Below are positions 56,516 through 64,000 of a stretch of DNA of 64,000 bases, in pieces. Source of the stretch: Trichinella spiralis (lineage: Eukaryota). The stretch spans positions 423,668 through 487,667 of the forward strand of contig NW_003526946.1 in assembly GCF_000181795.1 (NCBI RefSeq). The letters are read 5' to 3'. Numbering within the stretch: position 1 is the first letter of the stretch; each line of letters opens with the position of its first letter. The notes beneath the pieces were generated by a model that was given only the letters and a program-made list of their open reading frames with translations, searched no databases and was not told the origin of the DNA. The position numbers and the translations under genes were made by a program.

Positions 56516-58129
56516 TCATATATTGCATGCTTCAAGATTAGACGCTGCAGTACGAAAAGTGTTATAAACGGCAGCATTCTCTAAACATACAGCTGCACCT
56601 GGAATTTGCTTTTCAGTCGCCTAAAATAAAGAAATTTCACATATATTAAAAATTATGAATATAATTCATTTCAATAATGTACTTTATAATCATTTGTTGT
56701 AAGGCAAACGATATTTTTTCCATCAACAACCGCCCATCTTGCGCTATCAATTTCACGGCTCACTTGAACACCATCAAATTGCATTGGAGAAGCAACTTTT
56801 CGCAGTTGATACTGTCCTTTGCAAATTGACTTTGATCTTGTATCAGACGGCGCCCATATTCTGATGCTGGCAGCAAGTTTTTTTTTCAAAACTTTTGCAT
56901 ACATATCTAATTATATTTTTTACTTTTATTTCTTTTAATAATTCAGTAAAAACAAAATTACCTGAATATGATTTTGTGTGTTTCCCGAAAGCTTCTATAT
57001 TTGCAGCAACTTGAACTGCCTTCGTTGTAAATTTTGCATGTTCCAGAAAAGGTGTTACTCGAATCTCAACTCCCGTTGCCAAATTAGAAAGCTCATTGTA
57101 CTGAGTTAAAAGTGCAGGCGATAAATTATTAGCATATATGAATGGTTCCTGGTATCGAATAGCTTTAGCTAAAAATTTTTTATTAATTAGCTGATGATAT
57201 ATTATATGAATTCAAAACTACTGATTACAAATGAGCATTAAGAGTTCAAAATTGTGAGCATGGAAATACTTTATAAATGCATTACATTGAAAAGAAAAGT
57301 CCTGTTTTCATACCAACTGAATTTAAATGAGCTTTACTGAGCGACAAACACAGAAACATGTGTCCCTTTGGTGTTTCTGCTGCTGGCCAAGAGTAAACAC
57401 CAAGGTGTGCCAAAAACTTAGGTACAGTATGCACAAACCATGCTGCTGCGTCTTCTGCTCCACTGTGAACTAAAAGTACTCCTAAAAACAAAATATGCGT
57501 TTATTTTGTTGAGGTGTTGCTTTAATAGACAACTTTAAAATAACCTTTAGCTTTGCTTCTTTCATTTTGTGGCGGTAAATTTGGTGGATCATCACTATAT
57601 GCAAGAACTTTGATGTTCATGTGGTCTACTAGAAAATTAGCCATTGTTGTAGATATGGAATGGCCTGCGGCTTGATTAATAGCTTGAGCAGAAGCAGTCC
57701 AAGTTGGAACTACTGCTGATTTTATAATTTTGCTGCCCAATGAATCCGGGGGTTTGTATACAAAAAACCTTCAAGTAAAAATTCTGTAGTAAAAGAAAAT
57801 TATGATGAATTAAAGTGCATTTAAAATTTTATTAATGTGAACGATGTTTCCCTTGTCATTTTATATTTATTATAAGGATAATAATCAATAATTTGATAAT
57901 AATGATTAATAAAATTCTTGATTATGTAATTAAATGCCTAATACTTATAATTTTTATTTAAGCGTCTGTTTTATGTAAAACGCTTAAAAAGTAAAAAGAA
58001 TTTCAACAAGCAGTGATTTTATCATGCCTACCAATCTGTATTAGCACCACCATCATCCTGGCAAGTTGCCACCTGTGCAGTAGAAGTTTTCAGTAAAATC
58101 AGAATACAAACCACCGCTGTGAACTTCAT
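56516..58129 (-). CDS. DNase II family secreted protein, copy G13
   Basis: MKFTAVVCILILLKTSTAQ signal; RSKAKG, WFVHTVP, IDSARW. Confidence 0.9.
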
Positions 58130-61100
58130 TTTAATGGACTTTGCTAACTTCAGTAATTTGCTATCTTATATCTTCTTTTTCCTATATGTATCTCTTATAT
58201 ATAATTAGATATCATGTTTATGCTTGACTATGCTTTCGAGTACTTATTTATTTTATATTAATTACAGTGCCAACACAATTAACTGAAACGTTAAATGTTT
58301 ATTTAAATACGGAGTAATAATTTAAGTTGCCAATATATTACTTCCTTATTTAGTAATACTGGTACCTGCTTTATGTGATATTAATATATCTACGTATTCT
58401 GGTATCAATATTGACGTCAATATGCATATTTCAGTTTCAATTAAATGAAATTTTTTACAGATTTCAGAATGAAATAACTAAAAATAAAACATGTGTGAAG
58501 CATTATTTAACTTAATGATTATGTTCTTATGTTGATTTAAGAAAAATATTCATTCTGCTTTCTTCAACAAAATGACAATTCCGCTTGTTAAATTCCACTT
58601 CACTGTATTTAATTGGTTAATTTGTTTTATATATAATCTTTTAACACAGTTCATATTTATTTACTTTTATTCTGCTCAATAACATATATCTTATTTATTA
58701 TTATTTGTACCTACATGTTACATATTGTTTGTTGATATTTCATAACTGATATCTTTATACGCTTGCTTAATGCTTAATTGCAATGACCTATTTTCCCATC
58801 AACTGAATTTAAATAAGTTTAATTCATATGTATACTTTCATATGTAAGCATTTGTCCTTATTTGTTTCTGTTGCTAGCTAAAAGCAAACTATAGGTTATG
58901 CCAGAATATTAATGTACAAGGTAAACAGTTGGAACAGTTTCTTTCTTATCAGTTAAGAAATCTTTTTAGAGTTGTATATGTTTCATTTTATTTTAATTTT
59001 GTTCCAACGAAATATGTAAAAATGAAGACACCATTGAATTGCTTTTTTCATTTCCTATGGGAAAATGTAATTAATTGTAATGTATAGAAGCCCGTTTGAT
59101 ATTTTCATATTCATATTCATATTGCAAATCTTTCGACTGTTTTTGCTATTGAATGATACTCTATTCTACTGAATGAATGACCAAAATAAAATTTTACGCC
59201 ATTCCATAATTTTTGTGCTGAATATTTGCGCATTATCAAATTTAGAGGCGAGTATGCATGGAACCTTAATAATGTGCATTGTTAAGATGTGTAGAAACTG
59301 GAGAACAGCAGCAAGATGGCGCCGTCATAAACAAAGGATTATGGGACCAGATCTGATTTGCTTAATGCTTTAAAGATGCCAGTTGATACATTTATCGGAT
59401 CTATAAAGTAACATAATTTTCAGACATTGATCAAGGTCACGGCGGTTCCCATGGTCCTCCAAGCAATACAGCTCCTTCGTTGTATAATATATATTCATTT
59501 AAAAACTGGTTAAGTGTGTGTTTCTGTTTTTATGTTCACTAAGTTTTGCTCTTTTAGATTTCTAGCTTATTCTTCTCAGCTTGCATGTTTTTTGTCCAGT
59601 AAAGAGTTTTATATTTAAACTTTGAAATAAAAATAAATAAAGTGAAACAATGCTTTAAATATAAATTTCAAATCGTGTACATATCAGAATTCTCATTGTG
59701 ATTTTGCAAGATGCATCACAAAATAATGAAAAACATGAATTCGTGTTTCCTCTAATATTATTTTTATAAGGTTAATGCTTCAATAAGTTTATTTTGTATG
59801 AAATGTTTTGCAATTAAATTTCAAGATATGAGATTCTTTTGTTACTATTCAAAAACTTCATGATAATGCATTATTAAAAATTGCAATTTATTAACTAATA
59901 TTTCTTTCGATTAAGATAAAAATTACTGATAGAGACATCTTTTGCATTTGCTTTTAGTATTGCAAATAATTTTCTGATGTTTATATGTATTTTTTGTACA
60001 TGTAGGCATGGATGCAATAATGTTGCACTTTTATCATAAGAATGTGTTGTATGTTTATATAAATGAATGCTTGAACCATGTTACTTTTCTGAAACAATTA
60101 AGTGAGGCAATGAGACTATTTAGATAAAGAATTATGAGCTTAACAATGTATCTTTCAACTGCATTAATGCAACAATCCCTTAAGTTTAATACAACAATTT
60201 TCAAACTGCAGCCAAAGTAGTCATATTTAAATAAGTGAAATGCATTATATCAATAAAATAATTCAGCATTCGATGTGCACAAAACATTTTCAAAATTTCA
60301 TTTCAAAATATTTGCTTTCTTATTTAGGAAGAATATGCATGCTATGTATGCTAAAGTTTGTAGATTTTTTGAATTTCTCTCGTCACTTTACCTGCTATAT
60401 TTTACTAATTATTTGTGAATTGCAGTAATTTATTTAATTTTTTATGTAAATATTTCAAAATTTTTTTAAGAAATTGTCATGTTATGCATTCTGGCAAGAT
60501 TGAAAAATTGAAATTTATCAACGTAAAAATGCTGATATTATTATTTTAATAGTTCTACTCTACAAATAATATTCTTTCAAATTCAAATAAATTAATTGAC
60601 TGTTCTATATCCACCTTAATATTTTCAATTAATAGTATTGAACAACAACTATTCGTGTTGCCGTTTAATTGAGATAAAAGTGTATCGCTGGACTGCAATG
60701 ATTTGGTCACAAATGATTAGTCTGAAGTTTGAGACTACTTCTGATGATGTTTCAATGACGCTGCCAGGATGACTATCACAAGAACACAGCAGACCGTCAG
60801 TATTCCTACTGCATACTATAAAAGCTCAATGTTTCTTTTCTGTTATATCAGTGGTTCTCAAAGTGTGGGTCGCGTAAAATATTAAAGTACGGGAGTAGTC
60901 TTTACGTTCGTTAGGAAAGTATTACTCATCGAAAATTGTTGGCTTCGATTAATTGAGCTTTGATTCAGTTACCGTTAACCTAAGAATCACTAGTTCTGTC
61001 TGGTTTTACAGTACACTGATCTGTGTCACGTTAATTTTAATTGGTTGTCGATAACAGTTGCCCTTCTTTGTTGCACATAACTTATAAAAGGTAAGCAAGT

Positions 61101-61328
61101 AGGCAAATAGGTGAAAATGCGTTTGATTGAACGATCTTGTCGCAGCTTGGCGCGGCGTGCTCAGCATGCTTCTGCACTCTGTCGTAGGTTAAAATGGCTG
61201 GCACATTAAGTTATCACAAAGTTAGTTGTTAGTTGTTAGTTATCAGAAATAAAATATTTTTTAATTTAATAATTTCCGTGCTATGTAAGTCATAAGGGTT
61301 TCCCTTTTCTGTAAAATTTAGTCTAGGA

Positions 61329-63988
61329 ATGGATGAGTGGTTGATAAGGAAACCGGTAAAAAGGGAAGTGGCTGAAATGGAGTCTCAAAAATGTTCCACT
61401 GCAGGTGATGTGAATAATAAAAGAAAAATTGATGAAAATGAGTCAGCAAATTTTCAATTGTCAAATCGACGAAAAGTAATAAGAAAATATGATATTGACT
61501 ATTTAAAATTTGGATTTACGTGGAATGGTGACCATAAAGATCCACGTCCTCTTTGTGTTATTTGCTATGAAATTTTCGCAAATAAGAGCATGCGACCAAA
61601 TAAACTACTTCGACATATTGAAACAAAGCACATGGATCTCAAAAGCAATCCGCTTCAATTTTTTGAAAGCAAATTAAAGGAAATGAATGCGTCACAATGT
61701 GCACTTTCTCATTTCACCAATGTTAATGAAAAAGCTATGCATGCCTCATATCTTATTAGCTTGCGAATTGCACAATCTGGTCAGCCTCACACAATTGGCG
61801 AATCTTTAGTACTTCCATCGATAAAGGATGCTGCCGGAGTTCTGTTTGGTGGCACGTACTTGAAAGAGATTGAATTAATTCCACTTTTTAACGACACAGC
61901 TGCACGCAGAATCGAAGATATGGCGAAATGGGTGGAAGATCAGCTTATTAGCAGGGTCAAAGGAAGTAAATTTTTTCCCTGCAGCTGGATGAGTCCACGG
62001 ATATACAAGGTTTATCCCAATTGATTGAATTTAACCGTTTTGTATGGAACAGTCAGCCGCATGAGGATATACTGTTTTGTGAACCAATTATTCAGGGTAC
62101 TAGTGAGGAAATATTTGAAACTCTTGACGCTTATGTAAAATCGAAGGAGCTGGACTGCGGGAACTGTGTTGGTATATGTACGGATGGTGCACGGGCAATG
62201 TGTGGTAAGAACAGTGGTGTTGTGACACGCGTTCTTAACCCTTTGATGGATTGTTGGGGTAGAGCCCACCCCAGGGGGTTTTCTTTTCGTCGCATTCTGT
62301 CAATTTTCATTTTTATAGTCTAAAGCTTTGTGACATCTCTTTTGAAACAATAAGACATATTTTGAAAGAAATTTCAATGTTCCAGGATTTTTTGTTCGGT
62401 CTACAGAACATCGTAAACTTAAAAGGTACGTTGTTGGATTGTTGGGGTAGACCCCACCCCACTTTAGAAAAACACGTCTAAAAAGCTGGGAGTATGTTCA
62501 ATTTTTATGAAATTTATTTTATTGGCTAGTTCAAAGAATTCTGTACATGATGGTATTAAAATATTTCCAATTTTAATAATTTTTTAGCATTTTATTGGCA
62601 AAAAATGCGACAAAATTTTGGTTAAAAAATCGTCTTTTTTCAGTTTTTTTCTTCGCGTGTACTTAATTTTGTGAAATTCGTGAAACAAATTACATTATTG
62701 AATAGAGCACGTTATTCTGCACATTTTGATACCAAACTCAGGTCTATAGTCTTTTTTTTTTGGTTCCGTAAAGACTTCGTTCATCTAAGCCCTTTCTATA
62801 CTTTTAACATAAACATATGGAAAAGTGTTAAGCAGGAAATTGATATTCCACATTTTTTTGATTTTAGTTTCTATAATTTATTTATTTTTATGTGTTTTGA
62901 TTAAAATTTCATTATTTGAAATAAATTTTAGGTCTCTTCTAGCTGAAAAATTCAACAAAATTGACGTGGTGTTGATCTTCCATTATTGGGAAGTGGTAGG
63001 ATTTAAAGCCGATTTAAATAATCGGTGCGATTTAAAAAATGTTTTAAACACTGCCGTGAAGGTTCAACTTCATTAAGAGTAAACCGTTACAGTCTCGCTT
63101 ATTTGAAAAACTGTGCGAAGAGATGGGAAGCTGCCACAAATCTCTTCTTTTCTATTCTGAAGTGCGTTGGCTGTCAAGGGATAAAGTGCTAACAAGACTT
63201 GTTGAACTCCGCGAAGAAGTTGCAATATTTCTGAAAGGACAAAGTGATTACTCGAAAGTATTGCGGGATGAGAAATTCGTTCTTAAGCTCACTTATTTGG
63301 CAGACACATTTTCGAAATTAAATAAACTAAATTTATATCTACAAGGGATGGACGCAGCTGACATATTTTCAGTACATAAGATAAGATTCAGGGTTTTATG
63401 AAGAAACTTTATTTATGGAAAAAAATGTTAAAGGCGGAAATTATTGTCGTTTCGAGACATTGGCAACTTTCATCGTCGAAAAAGAAGCAACGATAGATGA
63501 GGACTTAATCTCTATGATAGTTGTACATCTAGATTCATTGAAAGAAAGTTTTGATTATTACTTCAGTGAAGAAATGAAATTCTGTGATAAAAACACCTGG
63601 ATTGTGAATCCGTTTCAGAGTGATGTTGTTTCTACTGGCATATCCACGAAGGCAGACGAAGAATTAATCGATTTGTCTGAAGATTATTCGTTTAAAATGA
63701 GTTTTGATCGTAAGAGATTAATACAGTTTTGGGCTATCAGTAGAAAACACATATCCAACTCTTTCCACCGCAGCATTAAAAGTGCTGCTTCCTTTTACTA
63801 CTTCGTACATGTGCGAAATTGGATTTTCAGCAATGATTGGAATTAAAACCAAGTTACGAAATAAGCTACAAATATCCAATAACTTGCGTCTAAAACTAAC
63901 ACATATTAGTGTGGACGTCGAAGAAGTCATCAGTCAAAACGGAAAACATGCTAATTGTTCGCATACACCGCATTATGCATCTCATTAA
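61329..63988 (+). pseudogene. Frameshifted hAT transposase
   Basis: BED finger (CVIC...LLRHIETKH), QLDESTD, CTDGARAM, EVRWLS and TSYMCEIGFS lie in different frames; interrupted at 62239-~63020. Confidence 0.9.
62239..63020 (+). mobile_element. piggyBac-like non-autonomous insertion inside the hAT transposase
   Basis: Starts TTAA|CCCTTT. GGATTGTTGGGGTAGA(G/C)CCCACCCCA occurs at ~62248 and ~62436. No right end visible. Confidence 0.65.
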
Positions 63989-64000
63989 TAAACATATACA

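Larger units (their letters stand above)
60849..64000 (+). mobile_element. Decayed Buster-type hAT DNA transposon (ZBED5/SCAND3-like); right end outside the window
   Basis: Left end CAGTGGTTCTCAAAGTGTGGGTCGCG preceded by TGTTATAT (NNNTANNN pattern); transposase fragments follow. Confidence 0.85.

Noticed and set aside
12486..58129. CRISPR-like or prokaryotic defence array
   Set aside because: The repeats are spliced paralogous genes; no short repeat-spacer periodicity or cas genes.
59290..59485. Mildly GC-rich patch with CAAGATGGCG
   Set aside because: No coherent ORF, splice pattern or repeat ends; cannot assign.

Overview
AT-rich, intron-containing eukaryotic DNA, most likely a Trichinella-type nematode (inferred from the DNase II expansion and gene style). 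Left part: an SLC16/MCT-type transporter gene (4050-6513, +) and a FANCJ/BRIP1 (dog-1-like) Fe-S helicase gene (8010-11619, +). From 12.5 to 58.1 kb lies a tandem/inverted array of secreted DNase II-family genes with a six-exon structure: 12 apparently intact copies, 1 clear pseudogene, 2 orphan first exons and smaller relics. In all intact copies both catalytic HxK histidines are replaced (H->K and H->S). The array shows segmental duplication, gene conversion, hypervariable N-terminal loops and a shared forkhead-like upstream motif. The most unusual item is a GC-rich 1396-bp element (17312-18707). It has 48-bp terminal INVERTED repeats (TGT...ACA) and a 4-bp target-site duplication, yet carries only a Ty3/Gypsy-like gag ORF. 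Also present: a decayed Buster/hAT transposon (60849 to the window end) interrupted by a piggyBac-like insertion, a hAT MITE with an empty paralogous site, and piggyBac relics. Exon boundaries were read by eye; no database search was possible.
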